A model generated the notes under the pieces. That model saw only the letters and a list, made by a program, of their open reading frames with translations, did no database searches and was not told where the DNA came from. From Octopus vulgaris (Eukaryota), in NCBI GenBank assembly GCA_951406725.2, contig OX597814.1, forward strand, positions 93,744,001-93,808,000: a stretch of DNA of 64,000 nt, in the 5' to 3' direction. The position numbers and the translations under genes are program-made. Every line of letters starts with the position of its first letter. The first letter of the stretch is position 1. Below, in pieces: positions 43,430 to 56,105 of this stretch.

Positions 43430-44530
43430 CCTTACAGACAATGAGGGTAGTTTCTATACTAGACATAGCAATACTAACAATAAACGTAATAGTGATAAGA
43501 TAAATAATAAATATGCGGCAATATTTAGGAATAAAATTAGAGTAGGCCACAGCCTTACTAGTACCAACATAGCCTCGATTAATAATAAAAAATTAGACAC
43601 ATTCTATGAAGCTAAGAAAATTAGAAACAATAAATCTAACAATCGACTAATAGAACAAATCCCACCACTAATGAAGCGCCTTCTAGTAACACAAAGACTA
43701 GAATAGTAACCCCCCACACACACACACAACACAACACGAACGCAGATATACCTAATAATTTATGTGGCTGCATGGATAGAAGTCAGTGCCAATTCTCTAA
43801 TAGATGTAAGACCAAAAACGTAGTTTACCAATGTGACGTACACAAAAAAAAGCCATATAAAATCCTATATAGGAGTCACGAAAATCCCTGTACAATCTTA
43901 TATAGAAGCCACAAAAACCCTGTACAAATCCTATATAGGAGCCAGGAAAAAGCCTGAACAAATCCTATGTTACCATCTTCATCTAAATAATCCCATTTAA
44001 CCGAGAACCACTTAAACTACTTACATGCAAATATTCACCTCCCAACTCCCACTCGCTTTACACACCCCATAATAAAGTGTTTTACACCTACACAGGGCTT
44101 CCTCCATTACTACGAACTTCATACAACTTAAGTCCCAAAGACACATAAATTCCTTACTCCCCCCCGGACTGAGTAATCCGGATAGAGTTAGCCCCCTTTT
44201 CACCATGAGTTAGGGTTAATCCCCTTTCTTTATACTAGCCAGAATAAACATGTGGGAAATATGCGCTTACTTAAAATTGGGACTACAGATCAAAATAACC
44301 TCCATCCTACATCCACTTCGCACCAGAATTATCAGCTTAGAAATCTACTAAAATGTAAGACTCACCATTCTTTGTCTTTATTCTCGTTACGAATGTATTC
44401 CTATGTTTTTTGCTCTTCTTACCTCTACATATGACTCTACATTCTGATGATGTCTACCACTACAACTGGTAAACAGAAACGATCGTAAATGTACTATTAC
44501 TACCACTTATCTTTATTAATTAAATTAATG
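43430..44530 (+). mobile_element. Penelope-like element 3' remnant: GIY-YIG fragment followed by a hammerhead-bearing non-coding tail
   Basis: CQFSNRCKTKNVVYQCDV then (frameshift) KSYIGVT. Hammerhead at 44438-44493. Confidence 0.7.
44438..44493 (+). ncRNA. Type I minimal hammerhead ribozyme (intact)
   Basis: TACATT-CTGATGA-TGTCTACCA ctacaac TGGTAAACA-GAAAC-GATC-GTA-AATGTA. Stem I is 6 bp, stem II is 8 of 9 bp, the stem III loop is the palindrome GATC, and the triplet is GUA (predicted cut after 44487). Confidence 0.88.
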
Positions 44531-44963
44531 ACTTACTAGCGCAAACGACCAACTTCTTACTGTTATTTTTCTTCCATTTTCCTTTTACATATGTATATAT
44601 ATGTGTATGTGTGTGTGTTTGTGTGTGTGTGTCTGTGTGTTTGTGTGTGTGTATGTGTGTGCGTGTATGTGTGTGTGCGTGTATGTGTGCATGTGTGTGT
44701 TTGGATCTTTGAGCATACTGATATAATATGGTGCAGAATAGATGAAGGTCAGTGAGTGTTCCCAAATATTTGAGAGAGCGAAATAAAATGAGTACTATAG
44801 TAAATACTGAGGTCACTATAATTGACAATAAAATGTTATAAGATAGTACCTCAGCAGGGTTGCTGTCCAATAGTAGAATCCATGAAAAAAAATTTAGAGT
44901 CTTAATTCATATAGTCTCTTTTAGACACATTAGCATTTGGCTCTTCTTTGAAATTATATATTA

Positions 44964-45830
44964 CTAGCTGAATGACTCGGAGTTGCCCGGGTTACTGCTG
45001 TTTTTATTCAGTTTAATAAACAATAGATATAAAGATTCTCATATTTTCAATATATCCAAATTGTTAAGATAATAGAATGTGGAACTGAAAATCTGTCAAT
45101 GTTGAAGCACCTCGGGGTAAACAATATACATTGTGTTATTTTTTGTTCATGTCGAAATGAATAAATTGTTGCGGCTTCCATTTCACGTGCAAGCAATATA
45201 GAGTTGGCCATGGGAGAATCATGTAGTGGAGTGATCAAGTCCAACTACCTTCAGGGATTGACTCTCAGATTTATAATTGAAATACCAAAACTTAGTTTGA
45301 CTGGAAACTGAAGCATCTTAAATTCAAATGGAATATCTGTAGGTATGAGAGGAATTTTTGGAATAACATTTTCTCCATTGTGACTACCTGTTATGATTGT
45401 TGCCTCTAGGACATGGAGGGAATTTTGGCGATGAAGATAATGTTTAGCCCTTAACTTTTTTTATTGTTACGAACGTAGAGGAGGCGCTCACTGTCAACTT
45501 TAGCATATATATCAACCAGGTATTACTGAAATAGATCACGATACATGTGTAATTGATTTGATTGTTCTGGTTTTAACATCAGTTAGTAAGTTATTTGACG
45601 ACACTTGTTTGCTTGTAAATTGCTCTCCTGTGGAATATTGAAATGACACCCATCTTCTCCATTCCACAAAATAAGAGAATACTCAGAGCATCATAAGAGG
45701 GATGAGTGTCTGAAACACGTTTAAGTTGTTATTTGGAGCACAATTTTCATGGGGATCACCTACCATAAAGATAGATACTTCATTAGATGTGGGCTCATTA
45801 AAACGGCGTAAAATGTCCTTTACTATAATT
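44964..45830 (-). mobile_element. Internally deleted Helitron (Rep-region and helicase fragments, 3' terminus intact)
   Basis: The reverse-complement end is CCCGGGCAACTCCGAG..CTAG|T. Helicase fragments IPKIPLIPTDIPFEFKMLQFPVKLSF and FSHGQLYIACTR-like. Rep-region fragment RRFNEPTSNEVSIFMVGD. Confidence 0.8.
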
Positions 45831-45879
45831 TACTGTAGACGTAACACACGCGGAAAACACACACATACACTCGCAGATA

Positions 45880-47405
45880 CATACATACTCATATACATAT
45901 GCACATATATATGTAGATGTCTATGTGCGTTAACTTTCTGAGGCCTAACGTATAACAATTATCACACATACACTTGCCCACACATACACTCTGACATACA
46001 CTCACATACATATACTAAGACAGACAGACAAATAAATTTACGCACACCTCAGGCCTAGCGCTGTCCCTCTGTGTGTGTCTCTCTCTCTCTCTTTAGATAT
46101 GTGTGTGAGTGTGTGCATATGTGCATATGTGTGTGTGTATCAGTCGTCAACAAAATGTATGTATACTCACACACACATATACTGTTACATACATTCACAC
46201 ACGTATACTCTTCAGTCACCTGCCTAAAGTACATAATGAACGCACAGACACATATACACTCACACACATATACAGTAATACACATGTATATGAAAGCGTA
46301 GATGTGTGTGTGTTTAATTGTCGAAGGCCTAGCGTATAAAAGTTATCACACATACACTCGCAAACACATACTCTCTGACATACACTCACATACATATACC
46401 AACACAGACACACACACAGACATACATTCACGCACACCTCAGGCCTATCTCTGTCCCTCTGTGAGTCTCTCTCTCCGTCTTTAGATGTGTGTATGTGTTT
46501 GTGTCAGTTGTCACAAAAATGTATGTATATTGACGCACATACATCCACATATACACTCACACACATATACTTCTCTGTCATCAGCCTAACGTACGTAACG
46601 AACGCACAAACACATACTCATTGACAGACACATACAGACTCATACAGAAAATATGATGTCGTTGTCGTAGTATAAAATGTCTTTGAACGATAGTTGACTT
46701 ATAGAAAGATTATAATGCTAGATTTTTTGTAATGCAAATATGTAATTGAAAATAAAGTTTATTTGGTAGCTAAAAGATTGTTGAATCTTTTAATACCCCA
46801 TACATCAAAATCAGCAACTAAGTTTTCAAATGCATAAGGACACATGTATGTGTAGATGTCAGTGTTTAGTTGTCTGAGTCCTAACGTATAAAAACATCAC
46901 ATATACTCGCACACACATACACATTGACATATATATTAACATACATATACTAAGACAGACACATACAAACAAACATTCACGCACACCTCAGGCCTATCTC
47001 TGTCCCTCTGCGTGTCAGTGTCTCTTTCCCTGTTTATAGATGTGTGCATATGTGTGTGTATGTCGTCACAAATATGTATGTATTTTGACGCATACATACA
47101 CCCTCACATACACTCACACACATACACTTCGAAGTCATCGGCCAAAGGTACGTAACGAGCGCGCAAACACACCCACACATACTCACAGATATATACACAC
47201 TCGTATAGTAAATGTGACGTTGTCGTCGTCGTATAAAATGTCGTTTACGATAAGTGACTTATAGAAAGATTATAATGTTAAAGTTTTGTAATGCAAATAT
47301 GTAAATTAAAAAAAAAGTTTATTTGGTAGCCGAAAGATTAATGAATCTTTTGATACCCCATACGTCAACATCGGCAACTAAGTTTTCGAGTGCATAAGGA
47401 ACATA
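45880..47405. repeat. Tandem array of ~3 degenerate CA-rich units (~400-550 bp)
   Basis: CGCACACCTCAGGCCTA recurs near 46041, 46431 and 46980. 46650-46845 is duplicated at 47210-47405. Confidence 0.85.
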
Positions 47406-47418
47406 CGAACACACACAA

Positions 47419-47583
<165 letters not shown>

Positions 47584-47792
47584 ACTATCATAGTTAGCTC
47601 TTTTGGAATAGTATTTTTGGGTGGCAAGTTTTTTAACACATCAGCTATAGTTTGGTGTTTGACATATTTATGTTTATGAGTTTTATCAACAATAAATGGA
47701 AAGCAATATTGTGTGTTGCAGCTTTTGTATAATAGTTTGAACAATTGAATAAATTTGCGATAAGTTTTTTTTATTACAACTTCTTTTGATAG

Positions 47793-47827
<35 letters not shown>

Positions 47828-48008
47828 GTATAGAGAGAGAGAGAGAGGAGGGAGAGAGAGAGAGAGGGGAGAAAGAGACTTTCAAAAGAAGTTGTAATAA
47901 AAAAAAACTTATTGCAAATTTATTCAATTGTTACTAACTAGCCACTCTTTCTGAAGTAACCCATGTACAACCTTAAGAAAAACCAGTGTATGCTGAATAA
48001 TGTATTAA

Positions 48009-48403
48009 TCTTTATATATAAAAGTAAGGTTGTGTGCTGTCTGTCTCCTACGATTTAGATTCCTAACTACTCCCACATTTTGCGGTGCAGTTTAACCAAA
48101 ACCGGGTATCTTATAGTCGTGATTCATATCGAGCCCTTCTGGGTATTAGCGCGCGTCTACGATGAGTCTACGATTTTTAAAAACAATTACCATTAATTTT
48201 TCCTATTTTTAATGCATTTTTGGCATATATAAGGGAAGTAACTCTCTAAAAATTTATTATTAAATCTCAGAACGTAAAAAGCTACAGTAACACCCCCCTT
48301 TGTGGTTAGCCATATTGAGATGGCTATTATACTTTACATCTCTAAAAATGCTTATATAGTTATTTCCCTTACAAACCCGAGCAACGCCGGGCGATACTGC
48401 TAG
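48009..48403 (+). mobile_element. Non-autonomous Helitron (395 bp)
   Basis: 5' A|TC, 3' hairpin CCCGAGCAACGCCGGG followed by CTAG|T. Confidence 0.88.
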
Positions 48404-48598
48404 TATTTCATAAATTCAAACTATTATACAAAAGCTGCAACACACAATATTGCTTTCCATTTAATTTATTGTTGATAAAATTCATAAACATAAATATGTC
48501 AAACGCCAAACTATAGCTGATGTGTTAAAAAACTTGCCTATGATAGTCCTATCTATCTATCTATCTATCTATGATAGTCCTATCTATCTATGATAGTC

Positions 48599-48682
<84 letters not shown>

Positions 48683-48948
48683 ATAACAGAGTATATATAT
48701 AATACTATTAGGGAGTATAACTCCAAACTTTCAGGGAAAAATTCGATTTAGTATTATATCAAATTTCACAGTATAAATATATAAAATATAAAATATGAAT
48801 TAGAGATAAAACTACTATTATGCAACTCAAACAGTGATAGACGTAAACCAAAACATAAATAAAATATAATATAATATATGTATATTATATTATTTGTTAT
48901 TTATGTATCACTGTTTGAGTTGCATAATAGTGGTTTTATCTCTAATTC

Positions 48949-49032
<84 letters not shown>

Positions 49033-49033
<1 letters not shown>

Positions 49034-49330
49034 GCGCAGGCGTGGCTGTGTGGTAAAAAGCTTCCTTCTCTACTGCGTGGTCCAGGACCATTCGCACTGT
49101 GTGGCACCTTGGGCAAGAACCTTCTACTATAGTCTTGGGCTGACCAAAGCCTTGTGCGTGGTTTTGGTTGATGAAAGCTGAAAGAAGCCCACCCATCGCA
49201 AGCAGACAGTACATTCTGTAGAAGTCGTTGGTGTTAGGAAGGGCACCCAGCTGTAGAAACTATGCCACAACAAACAATTTAGAGTATGGACAGCTCCCCA
49301 GCTAGGTTGTCAACCCGTTCAACTCATGCC
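49033..49330 (+). mobile_element. SINE with a 5705-type head and a different 3' region
   Basis: GCGCAGGCGTGGCTGTGTGGTAA..CACCTTGGGCAAG..GACCAAAGCCTTGTG. Confidence 0.75.
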
Positions 49331-51129
49331 GGTTGACAACTGGTATTGGTGTATTTTTCAACAATTTCAGGCAGATTCATATCTAATAGGTTAGCCACTT
49401 GTTTCACATTGTTTCTTATGTTTATGCATTCTTTTTTAAATGATATGAACATCTCAATGCTCTATCTAAACTAGCATGGTCATAAACACCTAGCAATACG
49501 GTGTCAACTCACTCTTGCTCTTTATTCAAAACAGACACAATCTTCTAGTCTTAGATTTAGTAGTTGATAAAGAAATAAATTAATTAGAAATGAATTACAA
49601 TCCTTTAAAAGCTATGACCCCAGTGGGTTTCATGCGATTATTGAAAGTGTAGTCTATTCTTAGCTACAATAGTGACAGCATGAATTTCTTCCATTTTCTT
49701 GCTCTGTTAAAGTATTTGAGAAAAAATATATTGTGCCCGACATGTTAAAATTCTATTTATTTATTTATTTATTTATTTATTTGTGCAGCATTTAAATAGG
49801 TGTAATGCTTTGCATTATTCAATTAAATGGAGTCGCTTGAAACAGCCGTACTTCATCACTACCTGATATCCTGTTGCTTATCTTGATTATATATCTATAT
49901 ATATATATGCATGTATGTATATGTATATATAGGAAAAGGAAATAATGAATGGATGAAAGTCAGAAGGTATCAGATAAACATATTTATTTCACAAGTTGAT
50001 ATCCATCGAATAACGATCGTTTGCAGGCGGTATTCCATCATAGTCGCTGTCCAATGACTGAAATAAGTAAAAGACAAAATGCAAAAATTAATAGGAAATC
50101 ACAGTATCACATATTCGTTTGTAAACCACAAACATAATAGCTTATAACCACTTTCATCTATTTAGACATATAAACGAATCTCAATATATTTCGAAAATAA
50201 AACTGCATAAATAAAGAGAGAAACAAAATACAATTCTGGCAGGACTGACATAACTACTCTGCGCGCGTAAGCGAAAGCAGGGTATTGTAGTCGCTTCTCT
50301 TTGCCTGTGAGTTTGCAAAATTTCTGAAAAACGGCGGATCGGATTTTCACCAAACTTGGCAGAAATATTCATCGGTAGAGTGGCTCGAATTCATTAAATT
50401 TCAGTTTGATTACCATAAAAACTGGCGCAGTGAATCAAAGTGTTTTGATTGTGCAGATATTTTGCCAAAGAATTTATGTGCGGGCAGGGTATGCATCGTG
50501 CATCGTCGTGGCATGTTCTCAGTACATGAATCTATTACTAGCATATAAAAACATATATTATGTCTATTAAATACTATTTGTCTCTCACCAGTTGGAGTAC
50601 TTATTTTCTTGATCACGGAACAGTACACAATATGTTAATAATAATTATGGTGGTAATAATAATACTATTAATAATATTAATAATAATAATAATATGAATG
50701 GCAATATTAATATGAGAGGTAAAAAGAAACCTATACTTTTTATTCGAATGGATGACACGTCTAATAAAAACCACCATACCAATTAGAAACACAATAATAT
50801 CATAATTTGGATTATATTTCCTTTTGCTAAACTTTTGAAGTCTAATTTTATAAAGTCTATTCGTTCTATTATTAAATCAAATTTTAGTAATTTAGGTATG
50901 CTGGGATATTCAATAACAGAATTATTAGATTTGGCATTTCCATTTCTCTCAACTTATTTAAGATTATTTCTTACTTTAAAAACAGAATGCTAAATCTTTA
51001 CTACAAGAATTTAACTTGCTCTACGATTAATACTAACCCCACTTAGTCAAATAGCTCTGTATCTTCTACCAGCGATCCCCATACTTACCCAAACTATACC
51101 TTTATCAACACGCATGGAAATAACAATAG

Positions 51130-51531
51130 TACTCTTTTACTTGTTTCAGTCATTTTGACTGCGGCCATGCTAGAGCACCGCCTTTAGTCGAGCAAATCGA
51201 CTCCGGGACTTATTCTTTGTAAGCCCAGTACTTATTCTATCGTTCTCTTTTGCCGAACCGCTAAGTTACGGGGACGTAAACACACCAGCATCGGTTGTCA
51301 AGCAATGCTAGGTGGACAAACACAGACACACAAACATACACACACATACATATATATATACATATATACGACAGGCTTCTTTCAGTTTCCGTCTACTAAA
51401 TACACTCACAAGGCATTGGTCGGCCTGAGGCTATAGCAGAAGACACTTGCCCAAGATGCCACGCAGTGGGACTGAACCCAGAACCATGAGGCTGGTTAGC
51501 AAGCTACTTACCACACAGCCACTCCTGCGTC
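51130..51531 (-). mobile_element. tRNA-derived SINE (5705-type, full length)
   Basis: Colinear with 5705-6194. Confidence 0.9.
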
Positions 51532-51554
51532 TAATATTAGTAACAATTGTATCT

Positions 51555-54373
51555 AGGAATCGTAGCACCTATGAGGTTAAAGGTAATTGTAAAATGATAA
51601 ATGCATATAAAGCTGCTATTGCAACACATGATCTTTCTAGGTTTCATTTTATAGATTGCACGCAAACTCCTCTTAAATTACGTTTGAATAATCATAAATC
51701 ATTTCTAATTATCCTCGGAAAGAAAGTAGTATTGTTTATCCAAAAAGGTACGGAAACTTAAAAGAGACAACATAAATTTCTCAATTTCTTGGAATATTGT
51801 TTCTTCTGACTCTTATAGGATTAAAAATAGAACGTGTCTTTTATGCCTTGAAGAGTCTTATAAAATTATGAAAGATGAACGGTTCTGTCGTAAATTCGAG
51901 AGATGAAAGTGTTTTATCTTGTAAAACATATATCTTAGCTTCTTTTCATTAATATTAAGTAGGCTTATTGATTACCTTTTATATTTTCTTATTATACTCT
52001 TAGGTTTATGTGTATGAATGTATTCTCTGTGTGTAGAGGTCAAAAATGGGCTTAATCCCACTTACACCAATCATATGTATACAATTATACACACTAGAAT
52101 AATACATAACTAACCCAAATATACAGAACATATTAAAAATCACCAACAAACAACCATCACAAATGAAACCTACACCCATACAATGACAAAACTCCCCCTC
52201 CATACCCAATTTACACCCACATAGCAATCCCAATATATTCATCCATACATGGACGCACGTGCGTGAAGCACGTGCACACAATAAATACGTACAACCCCCC
52301 AATACACACTCATATACATACGTATTAAGCTCGACATCCACAGCAATACGCATACACCCACTCACACCCAGATGGGTGAATTGCACAACCAGGGAACGCA
52401 CACACACGTGTGCGTATTTTGATTGTGCAACTCGCCCATATGCATGTATGCGGGCGCGATTACATTGTTGCACATATCGAGCCTAACTAGCATGCATATG
52501 TACATGTGAGGGGGTACACGTACATGCCGTGCGCGTGTACCCCCTGCATTTATACCCGTGCGTGAATATACACATGGAGACTACCACACAGGTACAAATG
52601 TGTATAGTAATGGGAGCCCCATCACTACACTTAATGTATACTCTCACCCATCCGCACGGTTGTGAAAGCGTATCTCCGGAGGTTTATAAGTTAGTATAGG
52701 TATGTGTATAAGTTGTGGGTCTGTGGTTTACGTGTGTGTTTTTTTGTGTGTGAATGTTTAGGTTAGGGGAATTGCTATATAGGTTTGTTATAGAGTTTAG
52801 CAAAGGGAGATTTTATCGTTATATGTTTTTAAGAGTTTTGGTTTATCATGGTTTTTTTAGGGAATTCGTGGTAATTTGTCTATTTTCGATGTTGGTTGTT
52901 TTATTACATTGTTTCATTCATAATTTTTGAGTGGTGTTCGTTTTGCCACGTGAATATTATTTTTAATTCTATTTATTCCATTTCTCCATTCATTATTTTA
53001 AAGATGTTCGTTTCCAGAGCGGTTATATATTTTTTATACATATGTTAAGTTCCTTGGTAAAGTAATTTTGTTTGGTGTATATGTTGAGGCTTATATGTAC
53101 TTGTGGGTGTGTGTGAGTGGGGTGGGTGTTTGTATTTGTTATGGGTGTGTGGTTTACGTGTGTGTATTTGTGTGTGAATGTATAGGTTAAAGGGATTGCT
53201 ATATAAGTATGTTATAGTGTTTAGTAAAGGGAGGTTTTATCATTTATGTTTTGTGAGTTTTAGCTTATCATGGTAGTTTTATAAAAGAATCCATTCATAA
53301 TTTTTGTGTTTATTTGTCTGTGTGGGGTTGAGTGGGTTTTTGGAGTATATGTTGAGGTTTATATGTATGTATAGGTATGTGTAAGTGGTGTGGGTATTTG
53401 TATATGTCGTGGGTGTGTGGTTTATGTGTGTGTATTTGTGTGTGAATGTTTAGGTTAGGGGGATTGCTATATAGGTATGTTATAGAGTTTAGTAAAGGGA
53501 GATTTTATCATTATATGTTTTTATGAGTTTTGGTTTATCATGGTAGGTTTGTTGAGGAATTCGTAGTAATTTGTGTCTATTTGCGATGTCTGTTGTTTTA
53601 TTGCATTGTTTCATTCATAATTTTTAAGTAGTGTTCGTTTTACCAAGTGAATATAATTTTTAATTCCATTTATTCCATTTCTCCGTTCATAATTTTAAGT
53701 GATGTCCGTTTTCTAGAGCGTGAATGTGGGTTGTATGTGTGTGTGTGTGGGAGTATGAATTAGTATTGTGTTGAAGTATTTAGCTATTTTATTTATTTAT
53801 AGTTGCCTAGACGTTTTTATGTGTATGTATAGGGATATATTTATAGGTGTGTGATTTAGTGTATGTAGTTAGATATGGTTATATATAATTAGGTATATGT
53901 GTATGGGTGTATATATAGTTTATTATTATATTATTATTATTTTTTTGTTTTGTTTTATATTTTATATTTTATATTTTATATTTTATATTTAATTGTTGAT
54001 AGGTTTATTTTAGTTTATATATTGTTTATATATTGATTATATATGGATTATATATAGGTTATATATGGATTATATATTTATATTTTTTCATTCATACTTT
54101 AATTATTTTAAAATTATTATTTTATATTTTAAAATATTGATATTTTAGATTGGAAGTCCACCTGAAGATTGTCGATCAAGACAAGAAACAATTGTAGTGG
54201 CGGTTTTTTTGACTATTTATTAAAATTTTATGTATTGATTAAGTCTTTCCTTGTTTGTTTTGCAAAATAGTGGTTTTGTCTCTAATAATATTTTATAATA
54301 TTTTACTATAAAATTGGATTTAATCCTAAATCTGATTTTTTCCCTGTAAATTTGGATTTATTCCCTAATATTT

Positions 54374-54385
<12 letters not shown>
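51555..54385 (+). mobile_element. Probable Penelope-like 3' remnant(s): GIY-YIG C-terminal fragment, strand-biased tandem repeats, terminal hammerhead
   Basis: FIDCTQTPLKLRLNNHKSF ... WNIVSS..RTCLLCLEESYKIMK..NSRDESVLSCK at 51650-51930. GT-rich units repeat near 52722, 53149 and 53417. Hammerhead at 54158. Whether this is one element is uncertain. Confidence 0.55.
54158..54200 (+). ncRNA. Type I minimal hammerhead ribozyme (intact)
   Basis: CCAC-CTGAAGA-TTGTC gatcaa GACAA-GAAAC-AATT-GTA-GTGG. Stems I and II are perfect, the stem III loop is the palindrome AATT, and the triplet is GUA (predicted cut after 54196). Confidence 0.88.
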
Positions 54386-54443
<58 letters not shown>

Positions 54444-55167
54444 AGTATATATATAAATATATATATAAAAATATATATATAAGTATGCATACACATACAA
54501 AAACACACACACATATATATACATACACATACATATAAAATCATGAGTACAAGTGCTTAAACATACCCCATCCATATATATATAATTTTCTCCTTCATAT
54601 ATTCGTTTTTGTTCCTATTTTTTCCTGATGGTCTCTTGAATACACCAACCGGTCCTGTCAGTGATCGATGCTTTTTCTTTGTTAAGTTCTCTTTGGTTTT
54701 TCTCTGCTTGTATGTACATTTTTTGTTTAAATATTGTACCTTTTTCAAACTTAACTTTGCCTGTCACCTTTAGCCTCTTGTAATATATATACTTTTACGT
54801 CTTTCAATATTGATATGTATATGTATAATTCTTTATGCCTTTTTTCTGCTAGTGTACTTGTTGCGTTATATTATACAATACACACGTGGCCTTGTTTACA
54901 TTACACTTCGTCTCGACCTGTTACATTTTCTTTTAACATATCCATCAGAAATTTATGTTATAGTTTACTGCATATATAGACTGGCATACACATTGATATG
55001 TCTGGCTTTTTCCTCTTTCGTCTCTCTCACTATTATTATTACTATTACTTTTTCCCTTTTACAAGTTTGTAAATTTCCGATTTTTCCCTATTACCCCATC
55101 TGTATTCTCCCTTATTGTATCTTATTTTATTTTATTAAACCTTTTTTGATGTCCTTCGAAAAATTCC

Positions 55168-55268
55168 TCAGACTGATGAGAATGACAAAGCATAAATTTA
55201 ATTATAATTACTACGATTATAATTTTATGTTACATATTTGTATTATCTTTTGAAACCTGCGTATGTAT
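55168..55268 (+). ncRNA. Hammerhead motif with long stem II and weak stem I
   Basis: CTGATGA at 55173 and GAAAC-CTGC-GTA at 55252-55263. The intervening 72 nt are self-complementary (AATTATAATT..GATTATAATT). Confidence 0.45.
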
Positions 55269-55614
55269 TGAATCCAATTTTGTATTAAATCTATTTTGAT
55301 TCAACATCCTTTTCTCCTTCATTTTTTAATACTTGTTTTTGGTATGTTTATACCTATAGCGATATTTTTCAACTATTATTTTCATATTCTTGTTACATGC
55401 TCTGGCTGTTTTTTATGAATATGATGAATCTTTATTAGAAATAATTTTTTCTCTCATTTTGGCAGACACCCCTCGATGTTGCTCGGGATTTAAATGGAAC
55501 AGTATGTATAAATGGTACAGTTAATTTGAAAGATATGGTATGAGTAGTGCTGCATTGACGACAAAATTTATGGAGTAAATGAAGTGCTAATTCGACTAAG
55601 TGAGAGGCCCTAAC

Positions 55615-55801
55615 CTTGTAATAAAAAAGTGATTGGACGGTAGGTGATTTTTGAATGCACCAAAAGCTGTCAGTGGATATACTCTCATTTGCGGCTGTCG
55701 GTGCTGCAGCTACATCGCTGAACAATCTTTGTGATAAATCAACTACATCTATGTGATAAATCAAGTCTGTTGGCACACTCACAGCACCACATGGGAGAAA
55801 T
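55615..55801 (-). CDS. Possible exon of an unidentified gene (FLPCGAVSVPTDLIYHIDVVDLSQRLFSDVAAAPTAANESISTDSFWCIQKSPTVQSLFYYK)
   Basis: Acceptor tcatttctttcatgtAG, donor AAG|GTtagg, one open frame, non-repetitive sequence. No partner exon or homology was recognised. Confidence 0.3.
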
Positions 55802-55889
55802 CTACATGAAAGAAATGACGTGCTAAGATTGGCAAGAAAGCGCTTGAAAACAACACTATCATGCGATATTTCGGACTATTGCTATTTCA

Positions 55890-56105
55890 GTATCAATAGT
55901 CGTAGCTCAACTGTGCCCTCTTCTGCGTAAACAGCGTGCGACCAATGTGAGAACAATTCAGCTCCTAAACGATAACGATTCTGAATGCAGCATCGGGCTA
56001 CGCAAGGTCACATTAAGGACACGGTCCCTAATAAACGTAGTTGGGTCACGTGACGTTTGGATGCTGACGTAGCTGGGAATCAATAGTCGTGGTTCAACCG
56101 TGCAT
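55890..56105. promoter_or_regulatory. Possible regulatory island: CpG-enriched, GTCACGTGAC palindrome (E-box/CLEAR-type), TGACGT half-sites, flanking 25-bp direct repeats
   Basis: GTCACGTGAC at 56045-56054. ATCAATAGTCGTrGyTCAACyGTGC at 55892-55916 and 56079-56103. Confidence 0.3.

Noticed and set aside
49839-49852. GAAACAGCCGTA hammerhead half-site
   Set aside because: No upstream CUGAnGA box was found.
50250-50420. Possible Helentron/DINE-like non-autonomous element
   Set aside because: Only a loose resemblance. Termini could not be defined.
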